Positions 48,277-58,749 of a stretch of 64,000 nt of DNA are shown piece after piece (positions within the stretch are counted from its first letter, which is position 1; each line of letters begins with the position of its first letter). The position numbers were made by a program, and so were the translations under genes. Source of the stretch: an uncultured Anaerolinea sp. (GTDB lineage: Bacteria > Chloroflexota > Anaerolineae > Anaerolineales > Anaerolineaceae); assembly GCA_964624535.1 (NCBI GenBank), contig CAZUXF010000003.1, positions 104,308 to 168,307 of the forward strand, given 5' to 3'. The notes under the pieces are model-generated. The model saw only the letters and a list, made by a program, of their open reading frames with translations. It was not told where the DNA came from and did not search any database.

Positions 48277-49563
48277 ATGTCAAACACGATTAATGCTTTC
48301 GAAATGGCGCAACGTCAGTTTGATCATGTGGCCGAGCTTCTAAACCTCGACCCGCAAGTGAGCGAGATCCTGCGGTGGCCGCTGCGCGAGTTTTCTTTCC
48401 GCATCCCCGTGCGCATGGATGACGGCACCGTACGCGTCTTCCAGGGTTTCCGGGTGCAGCACAATGACGCCCGCGGACCCAACAAAGGTGGCATTCGCTT
48501 CCACCCGGCTGAAACCATCGACACCGTGCGCGCCCTGGCCACCTGGATGACCTGGAAATGCGCCGTGGCTGACATCCCCTTGGGCGGCGGCAAAGGCGGC
48601 GTGATCGTCGACCCAGCCACGCTTTCCAACGCTGAAAAAGAACGTCTGGTGCGCGGATGGGTGCAGGTCATGTGGCGCAATATTGGCCCCCGCCAAGACG
48701 TCCCCGCTCCTGACGTTGGCACGACCCCCCAGATGATGGCCTGGATGATGGACGAATACTCCAAGTTGAACGGCGAATACACCCCTGGTGTGATCACCGG
48801 CAAACCCCTCGGCGGCGGCGGATCCCTTGGCCGTACTGAAGCCACAGGCTACGGCGTTATTTACACCGTCCGCGAAGCCATGAAACACCTAAAACTGGAT
48901 CCCACCAAATGCACCGCAGCGATCCAGGGTTTTGGCAACGTCTCGCAATACGCGGCCATCGGATTCTGCGAAATCCTTAAGGGCAAGGTTTTATGCGTTT
49001 CGTTCTACGACCGCGCGGATAAAGTCTCTTACACCGTCAGCAAAGCTGACGGCGTGGACGCCCGCTTCTTGATGACCATCACTGACCAATACGGTTCCAT
49101 CGATAAAGAAAAAGCCAAGGCGGCCGGTTACGTCATCGAAGACGGCGGCGAATGGATCAAGAAAGACGTGGATGTGCTCATCCCCGCCGCGCTTGAAGGC
49201 CAGATCACCGGCGAGACTGTAAAACTGGTCGGACCGCGCGTCAAGATCGTGGCTGAGGGCGCCAATGGCCCCACCACTCCCGAGGCCGACGAGGTCTTTA
49301 AGGCTAAAGGTGTCTTTGTCATCCCCGATTTCCTCTGCAACGCCGGTGGCGTTACGGTTTCTTACTTCGAAGGTGTTCAAAACGACATGAACTATTACTG
49401 GACCCGCGAGGAAGTGCTCGAGAAACTAGACACCAAGATGACGGTTGCCTTCCATGGCGTGCTCGACATGAGCCTCAACCGCAAGGTATACACTCGCGAT
49501 GCTGCCTACATGGTGGCCATCGACCGCGTGGTCAAAGCCATGCAGCTCAGAGGCTGGGTCTAA
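48277..49563 (+). CDS. gdhA: NAD(P)-dependent glutamate dehydrogenase
   Basis: PLGGGKGGV catalytic-lysine motif, a GFGNV dinucleotide fold and a 428-aa Glu/Leu/Phe/Val dehydrogenase layout. Confidence 0.9.
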   Translation: MSNTINAFEMAQRQFDHVAELLNLDPQVSEILRWPLREFSFRIPVRMDDGTVRVFQGFRVQHNDARGPNKGGIRFHPAETIDTVRALATWMTWKCAVADIPLGGGKGGVIVDPATLSNAEKERLVRGWVQVMWRNIGPRQDVPAPDVGTTPQMMAWMMDEYSKLNGEYTPGVITGKPLGGGGSLGRTEATGYGVIYTVREAMKHLKLDPTKCTAAIQGFGNVSQYAAIGFCEILKGKVLCVSFYDRADKVSYTVSKADGVDARFLMTITDQYGSIDKEKAKAAGYVIEDGGEWIKKDVDVLIPAALEGQITGETVKLVGPRVKIVAEGANGPTTPEADEVFKAKGVFVIPDFLCNAGGVTVSYFEGVQNDMNYYWTREEVLEKLDTKMTVAFHGVLDMSLNRKVYTRDAAYMVAIDRVVKAMQLRGWV

Positions 49564-49630
49564 GACTGTTTATATTTTAAGAAAACCTCACGCGTTTCCG
49601 TTGAGGTAGCGTGTTATTCTCCTTATTTGT

Positions 49631-49654
49631 AAGGGCGACCGGCGGGTCGCCCTT
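49631..49654. terminator. GC-rich hairpin between gdh and DUF2804 gene
   Basis: AAGGGCGACC-GGCG-GGTCGCCCTT, a 10-bp perfect stem. Confidence 0.55.
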
Positions 49655-49685
49655 GCGATTTAAATGGTTTGATTTTTAATCAAAA

Positions 49686-50723
49686 CTACCATTTGGCGTT
49701 ATGTTCTTCCGCCCACCCAATCAAATCGGTTACATCCAATTTTTTACCCTCATCCGTCACCAAGGTCCCGTTGTAGTGACCGAACATCTGGTGCACTTCG
49801 CTGCGCAGAATCTTCAGATCGGTTTTTGCCACACGCTCAAAGAAGGGGGTGAAAACCAGGTTGAGCCGTCCGTCCGGGCTGACCATTTTCCAGGGAGCCT
49901 TAAAGTTCTGGTTATCGTAGGAGAATTTCACTTCTCCCAACTTGTGCACCTTACCGTCAAGGATGAAGCAATTCTCAGTGGCCGCCGAGGTATCTCCAAA
50001 ACCAAACCCAAGGTTCAAGCCGATGGTGCGTTTGTTCTTTAAGAACCCTGACGCGCTCGCCCAAACCCAGAAAGACTCGTATTCCCACACGCCACGCCCC
50101 CAATCCAGGTTGCCCAGGCACGTACTCGGCGTGATCTCGAAGCGATTTCCCTGGTATTCCACCCAACCGGAAGCGGGCATGCAATTGATCTTGCGATTGT
50201 AGTAAAAGCGTTTGCCCTGAATGGGAATGACGATATTCATGGATTCGTGTTTTGACGGGACAACAAATTCAAGTTCGGCGTTAAGCGTGGTTTTTCCAAA
50301 CCCAGGCCACCGCACGAAGAGAGTACGCTTTTCCCCATTCACGTTAAAACGCAAGGTCTTGCCGCCGCCCTCATAGCGGGTTTCCCCCGCATCGCTATTA
50401 CGCGGGATCGAAACGCCGTTGGCAAACGGGAGCGTGAGCGTTTGTTCTTCATACTTGCCCGATGCAAACTCGATCACGTAGGCAAACACCATCCCCAGGT
50501 AGCCGATGTCGCTGACTGTGAAGGAAAAGAAATGAGTCGGTGTGGTGACCGCGTAATAATCCCACACTTTGACGCGCATTCCCTGCAGGAACTTCAATGC
50601 ATAAAAATGGCAGTCTTCCAGGTTACAGTCCAGCACCTGCTGAGTCGCCCACCCCGTCTGGGTGAGGTTGCCAGCCTTGTCTAATAATTTGCCGGGTCCT
50701 GCCAGCACACGTTGTTCGCTCAT
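49686..50723 (-). CDS. DUF2804 domain protein
   Basis: 345 aa. The N-terminal third (…WDYYAVTTPTHFFSFTVSDIGYLG…) resembles DUF2804 family members. Confidence 0.55.
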   Translation of the reverse strand: MSEQRVLAGPGKLLDKAGNLTQTGWATQQVLDCNLEDCHFYALKFLQGMRVKVWDYYAVTTPTHFFSFTVSDIGYLGMVFAYVIEFASGKYEEQTLTLPFANGVSIPRNSDAGETRYEGGGKTLRFNVNGEKRTLFVRWPGFGKTTLNAELEFVVPSKHESMNIVIPIQGKRFYYNRKINCMPASGWVEYQGNRFEITPSTCLGNLDWGRGVWEYESFWVWASASGFLKNKRTIGLNLGFGFGDTSAATENCFILDGKVHKLGEVKFSYDNQNFKAPWKMVSPDGRLNLVFTPFFERVAKTDLKILRSEVHQMFGHYNGTLVTDEGKKLDVTDLIGWAEEHNAKW

Positions 50724-50751
50724 GAAATCAACCTCTCTTTTGATGTAGTCT

Positions 50752-51564
50752 CTATTTCAACGTTGTTTTATCGAGATAATCCAGAACCATCTCGGCGAAA
50801 CTTTCCGGCTGGTCGAGGATGGCAAAATGACCGGCATTGTCAATGACCTTGTAGGTGCAGTTCGGTTCTCGTGCCGCCCATTTGGGCGCGATCTTGCGAA
50901 TATCGCCCGAAATATCGTTGTCGCCATGAGTCAACAAAAACGGCTTCTGGATGCGGTAATCCGGCTCGGCGTGAAGGCAGCGCGTCACACCCGTCCAGAT
51001 GGTGATGAATTCTTTTTTGATCAGCCGTGAAAAGGCATCATACATGTATCGCTGCACTTCCGGCCGGTCGGACGCGTAAGGCAGGCTGGCTTTTTTTAGG
51101 GTTTCGTAGGGATACAAATTCATTAAAGCAGGAGAAGCGTCGACGAGGAATTTTTCGAACGCGCTATGATTCCAGGTGATGCAGGTGCCGTCCGCGATGA
51201 CCAGGGCGCGCACCCGATCTGGGTGCCTGAACACCATTTCCTGGGCTACATACGTGCCGGTGGAATGCCCAACCAGGATGGCGTTTTGAATACCCACTTC
51301 ATCCATCAACGCGGCCAGGTCCTCAACCGCAAGTGGAACGGTGAAGGCTTCGCCCATGGGTTGCGAGCTGCCGTGCCCCCGCGCGTCCCAGCACAACACC
51401 TGATAACGTTCCAGAAATCTTGGAATGAACGGATCAAAAGAGTGGTGGTCGACGCAAGCGCCGTGAAGCAAGATAACCCAGGGATGTTTGTCTTCGCCCC
51501 CCACCCAATAGTGCAGCGGACACCCTTTGCGATGGAAGACCTTTTCATTCAAACGATTGTCCAT
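50752..51564 (-). CDS. alpha/beta hydrolase
   Basis: LLHGA... and VGHSTGT nucleophile elbow, with a C-terminal GHF. 270 aa. Confidence 0.75.
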   Translation of the reverse strand: MDNRLNEKVFHRKGCPLHYWVGGEDKHPWVILLHGACVDHHSFDPFIPRFLERYQVLCWDARGHGSSQPMGEAFTVPLAVEDLAALMDEVGIQNAILVGHSTGTYVAQEMVFRHPDRVRALVIADGTCITWNHSAFEKFLVDASPALMNLYPYETLKKASLPYASDRPEVQRYMYDAFSRLIKKEFITIWTGVTRCLHAEPDYRIQKPFLLTHGDNDISGDIRKIAPKWAAREPNCTYKVIDNAGHFAILDQPESFAEMVLDYLDKTTLK

Positions 51565-51617
51565 GTTTCCTCATCAAATTTTAAATATTTAACTAATTAT
51601 ACGCACATGTCCGATAA

Positions 51618-51647
51618 CAAAAAAACACCCCTGAGGGTGTTTTTTTC
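51618..51647 (-). terminator. intrinsic terminator after acyltransferase 1
   Basis: A-run / ACACCC-CTGA-GGGTGT / T-run. Functional in both directions. Confidence 0.65.
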
Positions 51648-51668
51648 TACCAATAATTAGGGAATCGA

Positions 51669-52373
51669 TTAAGCTGTTTCGAAGGCGCCGGGCAGGCTGC
51701 GATTGTTGCGAACCCAGCGTTGTTCACTTTCGTAAGCCAGTCTACGGATCTTGAGCATGACTTCCTGCGCGGTTTCTTTGACAAAGTCGTGGTTTTCCAC
51801 GTCGCCCGAAAAACGCAAGGGTTTGCCGACGGTGATGCTATAAGGTCCTCGCAAGTACCAATGACTGGTCTCCTGTTTTCCGCTGACGGTTGATTTCAAC
51901 GTGTGAAGACGATTTTTCAATAGGTGAATACCGACCGGAAAGACAGGGGCGCCACTTTCTATTGCAAGGCGCGCGACTCCGGTGCGGGCTTTGTGAAACC
52001 CACCACCGAGTGGACTGATCAACCCTTCCGGGAAGATCATGATCGTATGCCCGGCTTTGAGGTGTTCGAGCGCTTCATCAATGGCTTCCTGACCATGCCC
52101 TGGCTTAACCGAAATATGCCCAGACCGGCGCAAGTACTCTCCAAGGATGGGAACATGGAAGAGAACATCGTTGATCATGATAAAGGATTGATGCCCCAAC
52201 ATGGATGCCACGAAGAAGGGATCCCCCGTACTGGGGTGATTGGGCGCGATAATCTTGGCCCCTGCCGGGAAAGGCGATTTCTGGTGCACGTCCATATCCA
52301 GCATGGTTCCGGTGTAGGTTTTTACCACGGGTTTTGAAACGCCGTAGAGCATTTTTTGAACAACTTTCTTCAT
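51669..52373 (-). CDS. lysophospholipid (1-acyl-glycerol-3-phosphate-type) acyltransferase, paralog 1
   Basis: NHPSTGDP (HX4D block) and IFPEG block. Start moved to MKKVVQK (ATG 52373). Confidence 0.75.
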   Translation of the reverse strand: MKKVVQKMLYGVSKPVVKTYTGTMLDMDVHQKSPFPAGAKIIAPNHPSTGDPFFVASMLGHQSFIMINDVLFHVPILGEYLRRSGHISVKPGHGQEAIDEALEHLKAGHTIMIFPEGLISPLGGGFHKARTGVARLAIESGAPVFPVGIHLLKNRLHTLKSTVSGKQETSHWYLRGPYSITVGKPLRFSGDVENHDFVKETAQEVMLKIRRLAYESEQRWVRNNRSLPGAFETA

Positions 52374-52613
52374 TAGGCTTTCTCGCTTCCGTCCTCTATA
52401 GAATAGATCTAGCATACCGGGCTAGGATAGTCGCCGCATTGGCTTCAGGTCACAACCTGGTCATGAGAATGGACATATTTTTATGGAGTGAAGACGGGGG
52501 TAGGAATATGACTTCTCAGGTAATTACTAAAACCCCGTTACGCGCGGAGAGTTGCACATCAAAAATTACAAAAATGTTAACTACACCGAGGGCTAAATCT
52601 TGAAAGAGGATCT

Positions 52614-53318
52614 TTAGATCGATTCGATCAACCCGGCCACGGGCGGATGATTTTGCTCCCAGCGGCGTTTGCTTTCACCCGCCAGGCCCATGATCTTGAC
52701 CATGATCCGGTGGGCGACTTCCTTCGCCAAAATCCGGTCTTCAGCATCCCCTTGAAAACGCATCGGGTTACCCAGGGTAATGGCGTAGGGTCCGCGCAGG
52801 TACCAGTTGCTATAAGTCGGCTTGCCGCTAACGATGGATTTTAGCGTTTGGAGCCGATCTCGCTGCAAGTATATGCCCACCGGGAAGACTGGTGCTCCGC
52901 TGGCCAACGCCAGGCGGGCTACCCCGGTACGCTCCTTAACATAGCCGCCCTTCATTGGGCTGTTCGCCCCTTCAGGGAAGATCATGATCGTGTGCCCTCC
53001 CGCAAGACGGTCGAGAGCCTGGTCAATGGCTTCCTGCCCGCGCCCGCGGATGACGGGGATGTGCCCCAATCTGCGCAAGAATCCGCCCATCACTGGCACC
53101 TGGAACATGACGTCCGTGATTAATATATACGATTGATGTCCCAGAATCGCCGCCATAATGAACGGGTCAGAGACGCTGGGGTGGTTCGGCGCGATGATCT
53201 TTCCGCCAGGTGAAAATGGGGATTTTTGCTCCACATCCATTTCCAACATGACCTGTGTGTATGTTTTAATCAGTGGGACAGATGCCCCGTAAAGTGTCTT
53301 TTCAACAATTTTCTTCAT
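52614..53318 (-). CDS. lysophospholipid acyltransferase, paralog 2
   Basis: NHPSVSDP and IFPEG blocks. Roughly 60 percent identical by eye to the 51669..52373 product over its full length. Confidence 0.75.
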   Translation of the reverse strand: MKKIVEKTLYGASVPLIKTYTQVMLEMDVEQKSPFSPGGKIIAPNHPSVSDPFIMAAILGHQSYILITDVMFQVPVMGGFLRRLGHIPVIRGRGQEAIDQALDRLAGGHTIMIFPEGANSPMKGGYVKERTGVARLALASGAPVFPVGIYLQRDRLQTLKSIVSGKPTYSNWYLRGPYAITLGNPMRFQGDAEDRILAKEVAHRIMVKIMGLAGESKRRWEQNHPPVAGLIESI

Positions 53319-53497
53319 TTACTACCTGGCTGTTTTTTTTAATCTGATCGTATCAAAAGCATAAACCGCGCAGTCGCATTAAACATTACTCTCAGGGCAC
53401 AAATCCACCCTGCCATAAGACATATCTTAATCAAACGCTCCCGCCAACAATGAGGTTTTTAGAGATTGTTCAAGTTAAGTAGAAATCAAGGAATTAT

Positions 53498-54160
53498 TTA
53501 TTTCTTCTTTAAATTATCCAGGTGGGGGGTCAAGAGTTTCACCCACTGGATGTATCCCGGAGACATTAAATGCAGGTGGTCGTTGGTGAACTCGGCCTTG
53601 AGCGCGTTATTTTCATCCGCGAAATGTGGAAATAGGTCGATAAAAGTGTAGCCAAAATCCTTGGCCATTTTTTCAAGGGCGGCATTGAGGTTAAGGATAT
53701 TTTTCGCGTAACGTTTCGCCCGCGGCAGGATGGATTGAACGAAAACACGAGTTTCTGGCGATTTTTCCTTGCAGTTCTTGAGAATCTCAAGGTAATTGGC
53801 CAAAATCTCGTTGTCGTGACGGTAATTCCACCAGTTAAGATCGTTAGTGCCGATCAGGATAAAAAGCGCGGAAGGCCCGCAGCAGAGGATGTCGTCCAGG
53901 CGTTCCAAAACCCCCACAGTGTCGTCCGCGTTGATACCGCGGTTCTTTATATTGAGCCCCGGAAAAAGTTCGTCCCAGCAGCCGCCATCGGTAATACTGT
54001 CGCCCAAAAAGACGATGTCGCCCTTGTTGATCTTCGAATAGCGGTAAAGATCAGCGCGCTGCTGATAATGCGTGCGTTCGAGCCGTTCCACCGCCAGACG
54101 CGTGATGGTGAACAACCCCAAAGTGACAGCCAACATAACGAGCAAGAAAATTATGGTCAT
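53498..54160 (-). CDS. SGNH/GDSL hydrolase with N-terminal membrane anchor
   Basis: FLGDSITDG block I, GTND block and DHLH block V. N-terminal hydrophobic helix. Confidence 0.75.
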   Translation of the reverse strand: MTIIFLLVMLAVTLGLFTITRLAVERLERTHYQQRADLYRYSKINKGDIVFLGDSITDGGCWDELFPGLNIKNRGINADDTVGVLERLDDILCCGPSALFILIGTNDLNWWNYRHDNEILANYLEILKNCKEKSPETRVFVQSILPRAKRYAKNILNLNAALEKMAKDFGYTFIDLFPHFADENNALKAEFTNDHLHLMSPGYIQWVKLLTPHLDNLKKK

Positions 54161-54197
54161 GGCTGCATTATATCAGACCCTTTTAGTCTGATTGTGT

Positions 54198-54761
54198 TTA
54201 AGGCTCCAGACAATAGGGTCCTGAACTGAACGCCGAATCCGGGTCAAGGTTGTTGTCAAATTCATCATAGATTTTGATCACGGCAATCTCTGGGAATTGA
54301 CTTAGATTTTTATGAATCAGGTTGGTAACCGAATACGCAGCGCCATTATTGGCGCATGTACCCGCCAAATAAAAGCGCGCTACGCCGCTTTCCAAGGTAA
54401 ATTGGCGAATACCATTGAACCCGCTGGTAACCAACATCAACCCCTGTGCAGTTTCCTCCGCGGTGGGTCCCTGGAAGAAAGCGTCCAACACTGCACGCAT
54501 TGGGTTGACCCCTTCCGGCAGCGGACGGCTGACCGCGACCTCATAAGGTTCCGTGCCAATTTCAAAGCGTGCCTGGTCGGTGAAATAAACGGTCATGGTT
54601 TGCGGCGTTGTAGGTTGCGATGTGACCGCCATCGTGGCAACTTCCGCGTTGGGCGCGAGGGTGATGGTTGGCGGAGTGGGGGTGAGGTTTAGCGAGATCG
54701 AACAGCCCAGCATGAAAACCAGGATGACAGTAAACCCTAAAACCTTGAATATCCGGTTCAT
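54198..54761 (-). CDS. GerMN-domain lipoprotein
   Basis: Lipobox LGC at the N-terminus. VYFTDQ...AVLDAFFQGPTAEE...GL resembles the GerMN domain. Confidence 0.55.
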   Translation of the reverse strand: MNRIFKVLGFTVILVFMLGCSISLNLTPTPPTITLAPNAEVATMAVTSQPTTPQTMTVYFTDQARFEIGTEPYEVAVSRPLPEGVNPMRAVLDAFFQGPTAEETAQGLMLVTSGFNGIRQFTLESGVARFYLAGTCANNGAAYSVTNLIHKNLSQFPEIAVIKIYDEFDNNLDPDSAFSSGPYCLEP

Positions 54762-54838
54762 GATCCCTCCTTTGTTAATCTAATTATAGGATATCCAAGC
54801 CCTTTCAGGTAAAATAAATTCGCCAAACAAGGAGAAAA

Positions 54839-55879
54839 ATGCTTACTAACGTTGAAATCCTCGACTGCCTCAAAAAAGTCATGGACCCTGAGCTTGGACG
54901 CAACATTGTGGAGCTAGGCATGGTGCGTGAGATCCAGGTGAACGCAACTGGAGAGATCACCTTCACACTGGCTCTAACCATCCCCGGCTGCCCGTTGAAA
55001 AGCCAGATGGAACATGATGCACGAATGGCTCTTATGGCCTTGCCCGGTGTTACCGACGTCAAGATCACCTTTGGGGCGATGAGCGAGGACGAGAAAAAAG
55101 CCATCTTTTCCAAGGGCAAACCCGAATTGCCCAAACTAAACAAATTCAATCGGATTGAAAAGGTCATAGCGGTGCTCAGCGGAAAAGGCGGCGTGGGTAA
55201 ATCCTCCGTGACGGCGCTGTTGGCGGTAGGGCTGGCACGCGCCGGTAAAAAGGTTGGCATCCTGGACGCAGACATCACGGGTCCCAGTATCCCGCGCCTC
55301 TTCGGTCTGCCCCCCGGCGGGTTGCGCGGTGGGGATCAGGGCATCTTACCGGCGGTCACTCCCCTGGGCATCAAGGTCGTTTCCACGAATCTTATGGTTC
55401 CTGACGAGAACGCCTCAATCATCTGGCGCGGACCGCTTATTTCGGGAACCATTCAGCAATTTTGGCGAGAGGTCTTGTGGGGCAAACTGGATGTGTTGCT
55501 TGTCGATCTTCCCCCCGGCACTTCCGATGCTGCCTTGACCGTGATGCAAACCCTGCCGGTCAACGGCACGGTGCTCGTCTCCACACCACAGGAACTTGCC
55601 GGCATGGTGGTGCGAAAAGCGGATTTCATGCTCAAACAATTAAAAATGCCCGTCGTGGCGGTGGTTGAGAACATGAGTTCCTTCACCTGTCCGAATTGCG
55701 GCGAGGAGCACTTCATTTTCGGCACCAGCCACGCTGAACCCCTCGCCAAAGCCGTGGGCACGGATACCTGGGTGAGCCTGCCGATCGATCCGCGCATCGC
55801 CGCCCTGGCAGACGCCGGCCGCATCGAAGAAATTGACACCACCCGCCTGGAGAAGATACTCGCGATCTGTTCGGGTTGA
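54839..55879 (+). CDS. apbC: Mrp/NBP35 family Fe-S cluster carrier ATPase with N-terminal DUF59/MIP18 domain
   Basis: VLSGKGGVGKSS deviant Walker A, CPNCGEEHFIFG cluster-binding motif and an N-terminal VMDPELGRNIVELGMV. Confidence 0.85.
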   Translation: MLTNVEILDCLKKVMDPELGRNIVELGMVREIQVNATGEITFTLALTIPGCPLKSQMEHDARMALMALPGVTDVKITFGAMSEDEKKAIFSKGKPELPKLNKFNRIEKVIAVLSGKGGVGKSSVTALLAVGLARAGKKVGILDADITGPSIPRLFGLPPGGLRGGDQGILPAVTPLGIKVVSTNLMVPDENASIIWRGPLISGTIQQFWREVLWGKLDVLLVDLPPGTSDAALTVMQTLPVNGTVLVSTPQELAGMVVRKADFMLKQLKMPVVAVVENMSSFTCPNCGEEHFIFGTSHAEPLAKAVGTDTWVSLPIDPRIAALADAGRIEEIDTTRLEKILAICSG

Positions 55880-55919
55880 CCGCTTAATGGATCAGTTTTC
55901 GGTGTAAGAAGGAGGGAAG

Positions 55920-56357
55920 ATGCTCACAACCAAATTGATTGGCGCGCTCACCGCTGTGGCTTTTTTGCTTTCGGCGAGCCTGGTTTTCGCGTTCAGGCTG
56001 GCACACCGGCCCGACTGGGGCCGGATGCTGGGTTGGTTTGAATTTGCCCTGGTAGTTCCGCTGATTTACCTGCTGATCAAAGCTCCCGGTGAAGATCGGG
56101 CGTTTTTATACTACATACAGATCGGTGCGATCCTGGTCTGGCTGGCGGTCGAGTTTTTGCTGGATTATGTATATAAACTGAATTTTCGCGAGATCCGCTG
56201 GGCGGTGATCGCCTATGTGACGCTCTTTTTCGCAGGCGCTGGCGGATTGGTGGGCATCGCATCGAGCGCCGGGCGGCCGTGGAATTGGATCTCGATCGCG
56301 CTCTTTCTGATTACCGCCGTTCTAGCGTTTGTGCAACGTCGGGTGACCGGGTTATAA
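55920..56357 (+). CDS. hypothetical membrane protein
   Basis: 145 aa with four hydrophobic segments. SD GGAGGG. Confidence 0.5.
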   Translation: MLTTKLIGALTAVAFLLSASLVFAFRLAHRPDWGRMLGWFEFALVVPLIYLLIKAPGEDRAFLYYIQIGAILVWLAVEFLLDYVYKLNFREIRWAVIAYVTLFFAGAGGLVGIASSAGRPWNWISIALFLITAVLAFVQRRVTGL

Positions 56358-56366
56358 GAAATCGCC

Positions 56367-57872
56367 CTAACCTCCAACCAGCAGCAGCGCCGCCACCCCC
56401 ACGATCAATACCAACGCCAGCCCGATGGGCAGGGTAATGCGCAAGACCTCACCCTCACGTCCCTTGAGACCGGTGGTGGTGCCGCCCACGGCGAGTTTGG
56501 CCGGGGCCACCATGCTGCCCAGCGACCCACCCACGGTTTGCGCCGCCAGCAAAATCACCGGCGAGATGCCTAACAACTGCGCGACGCCTTTTTGCATGGC
56601 GCCAAACAGCACGTTGGAATTGGTATTACTGCCGGTGGCGAAAGCCCCGATCATCCCGACCAACGGTGAGAACAACGGGTAGACCAACCCCATTAATTTT
56701 GAGAGCCCCTCGGCGATCTTGAGGGTCATGCCGGTATGCTCCATCAATGCCGAAAGGGCGATCATGAAAAGCGTTCCCAGGCTGGCCGGGATGGCCGCCT
56801 TAACCATGCGCGACAAAGCCGGCTTCATCTTGCCGATCGGCAGTCCTTTGAAGCGTGGAATCACCAGAATGGCAAATAAACAGGTTACCAACATCAACAC
56901 GCCGGGGTGCATAAGGAAGCGGAACACATATCCCTGGGCGGCCGCGGTGGAGAAACCCTGCGCGCTGGCCACGGCCGGGAAGGATAACGTCCAGATGACG
57001 GCGGAGAGGGCGCGGTTGACCGGCGGGATCACGGTGACCACCAGCATGGCCGCGATCAGGAAGCCATAGGATAACAACCCTGTTTTGAGCGCCGGGTTGG
57101 ATTCAAACTTGAGCTTCCAGCCCTCGGGTTTTTGGCTGAGGAGTGTGCCGCCGAGGATGCCCGCGAAACCCGCCACGAACGACGCCACCGGGATCAAGCC
57201 CACCAGGCAGGTCACGTATTGCACGCCGGCCACGAAAATCCCTAATAACACCGTCCGCCACCAGTGCTGTTTTTGTTTCAACACGTAGGTCACCGCCAGG
57301 CCGGTTAGCAGCACGACGATGCCCAACAGAAAAACCGTGGTGGGGAAAAGTTCCGCCTGATTGGCACCGGTAACGTCCGCCAGGGTGCGGAAAGCCAATG
57401 CCATGCCGCTCATCGTCACCGCCCAGGAATGCCCTATCGCGGAAGCGGCCACGGCCACCAGGGGGGTGACCCCCAACGCCATCAACATGGGTGAAGCGAT
57501 GGCGATCGGAAGGCCGAAACCGGCCAGGTTTTCGATGATGCCGGTCAACATCCAGGCTTCAACGATCAGCAGCCAGCCGCGGTCGGGGATGAAACCTTCG
57601 AGGGCGAGGGCGATGGCGCGGATGCCGCCGGCCTGATCCACCAGGTGGTAGAGCAGCAAGGCAGGCCAGATCACCAACAGCACGTTCGCCGTCACCAGCA
57701 GGCTCTTGACCTGCGAAACCCACAAGACTTCCCAGTTCAACCCAAAAGCCAGGAATGCCACAGCCAACCCAACCACCCAACCGGCAAAGCCGGCCACGTG
57801 GCTGCCGGAGCGAAACACCAGCATCATCACCAGCACGATCAATATGGGCAGCAGGGCAAGTAAGTAAGGCAT
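56367..57872 (-). CDS. lctP: L-lactate permease family transporter
   Basis: Roughly 500-aa polytopic protein with LctP-like segments. Start MPYLLALLPIL (ATG 57872) is preferred over the track start at 57917. Confidence 0.7.
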   Translation of the reverse strand: MPYLLALLPILIVLVMMLVFRSGSHVAGFAGWVVGLAVAFLAFGLNWEVLWVSQVKSLLVTANVLLVIWPALLLYHLVDQAGGIRAIALALEGFIPDRGWLLIVEAWMLTGIIENLAGFGLPIAIASPMLMALGVTPLVAVAASAIGHSWAVTMSGMALAFRTLADVTGANQAELFPTTVFLLGIVVLLTGLAVTYVLKQKQHWWRTVLLGIFVAGVQYVTCLVGLIPVASFVAGFAGILGGTLLSQKPEGWKLKFESNPALKTGLLSYGFLIAAMLVVTVIPPVNRALSAVIWTLSFPAVASAQGFSTAAAQGYVFRFLMHPGVLMLVTCLFAILVIPRFKGLPIGKMKPALSRMVKAAIPASLGTLFMIALSALMEHTGMTLKIAEGLSKLMGLVYPLFSPLVGMIGAFATGSNTNSNVLFGAMQKGVAQLLGISPVILLAAQTVGGSLGSMVAPAKLAVGGTTTGLKGREGEVLRITLPIGLALVLIVGVAALLLVGG

Positions 57873-57967
57873 CAATAAAGTCTCATCAGCGCACAGAAAA
57901 CCGCCAGTGGCGGTCAAAGTGTTATCTTACCCCCTTCGCTCGGATTTATCCAGTACACCCTTTTAGT

Positions 57968-58006
57968 TAAACAAAAACCTGCCAGAGGAAAAATCCATGG
58001 CAGGTT
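57968..58006 (-). terminator. intrinsic terminator
   Basis: Stem AACCTGCCA/TGGCAGGTT followed on the minus strand by TTTTGTTT. Confidence 0.6.
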
Positions 58007-58040
58007 AATGGTTATTTATTTCTAGAAAATATTCGTCTGG

Positions 58041-58631
58041 TTAAGCGGCCACCAGGGTCATCACGTAGACGATCACACCAAACACGAGCGAAAGCACGGA
58101 CATAAATCCAAAGATCACCCGCACCTTGCTTTCAGGATTGACGATCGAACCATAAGCCGACAAGGCCAAGCCCACCGCGAAGATGAGCACGACTAATTGC
58201 AGTTGGTCGGCCTTGTTGCCCGCGGTGTTGGCATCGTCGAAAGCGGTCATGGCTTCTTCATAGGTGGCGTCGGCATCGGTGTACATGGCGGTGTAATACT
58301 CGTCGTCAAAGGGGCCGTTCTCGCGCTCCATGCTGAGAGTGAGGTCTTCAGAGAAACTGGTGTAATAGTAATCGGCCAGGTCAGCGTTGACGCCGTCATT
58401 GATGTACCAGCCGTCGTACATGGTGAAGTCGTAGATCACGAATTGGTTGGCTTCAAGATAATAGGTGTTGGATTCGGACAATTGTTTTTGTCCTTCGACA
58501 TTAAAATCGCTTTCCTTTGAATCATAAAGGGAGGATTGGTAAGCCGCGGCGGCGATGAGGACGGAGAGCAGCGCTACCAATATTCCCAACGTCCATTCAG
58601 AACTGATGGTTTTAAAGAACTTGCTTTGCAT
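58041..58631 (-). CDS. hypothetical membrane protein (N- and C-terminal TM, acidic Tyr-rich middle)
   Basis: 196 aa. SD AAGGAG. No domain recognised. Confidence 0.5.
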   Translation of the reverse strand: MQSKFFKTISSEWTLGILVALLSVLIAAAAYQSSLYDSKESDFNVEGQKQLSESNTYYLEANQFVIYDFTMYDGWYINDGVNADLADYYYTSFSEDLTLSMERENGPFDDEYYTAMYTDADATYEEAMTAFDDANTAGNKADQLQLVVLIFAVGLALSAYGSIVNPESKVRVIFGFMSVLSLVFGVIVYVMTLVAA

Positions 58632-58749
58632 TGTGGGCTCCTTGTGATGAATTGGAAGTTAACATTAAAGGGGATTTCCCCCCGGTTGCATAAAGCCATC
58701 CGTATCTACATTTATCGGATTGATTTTGGAAAACTTGATTGGAAATTGA

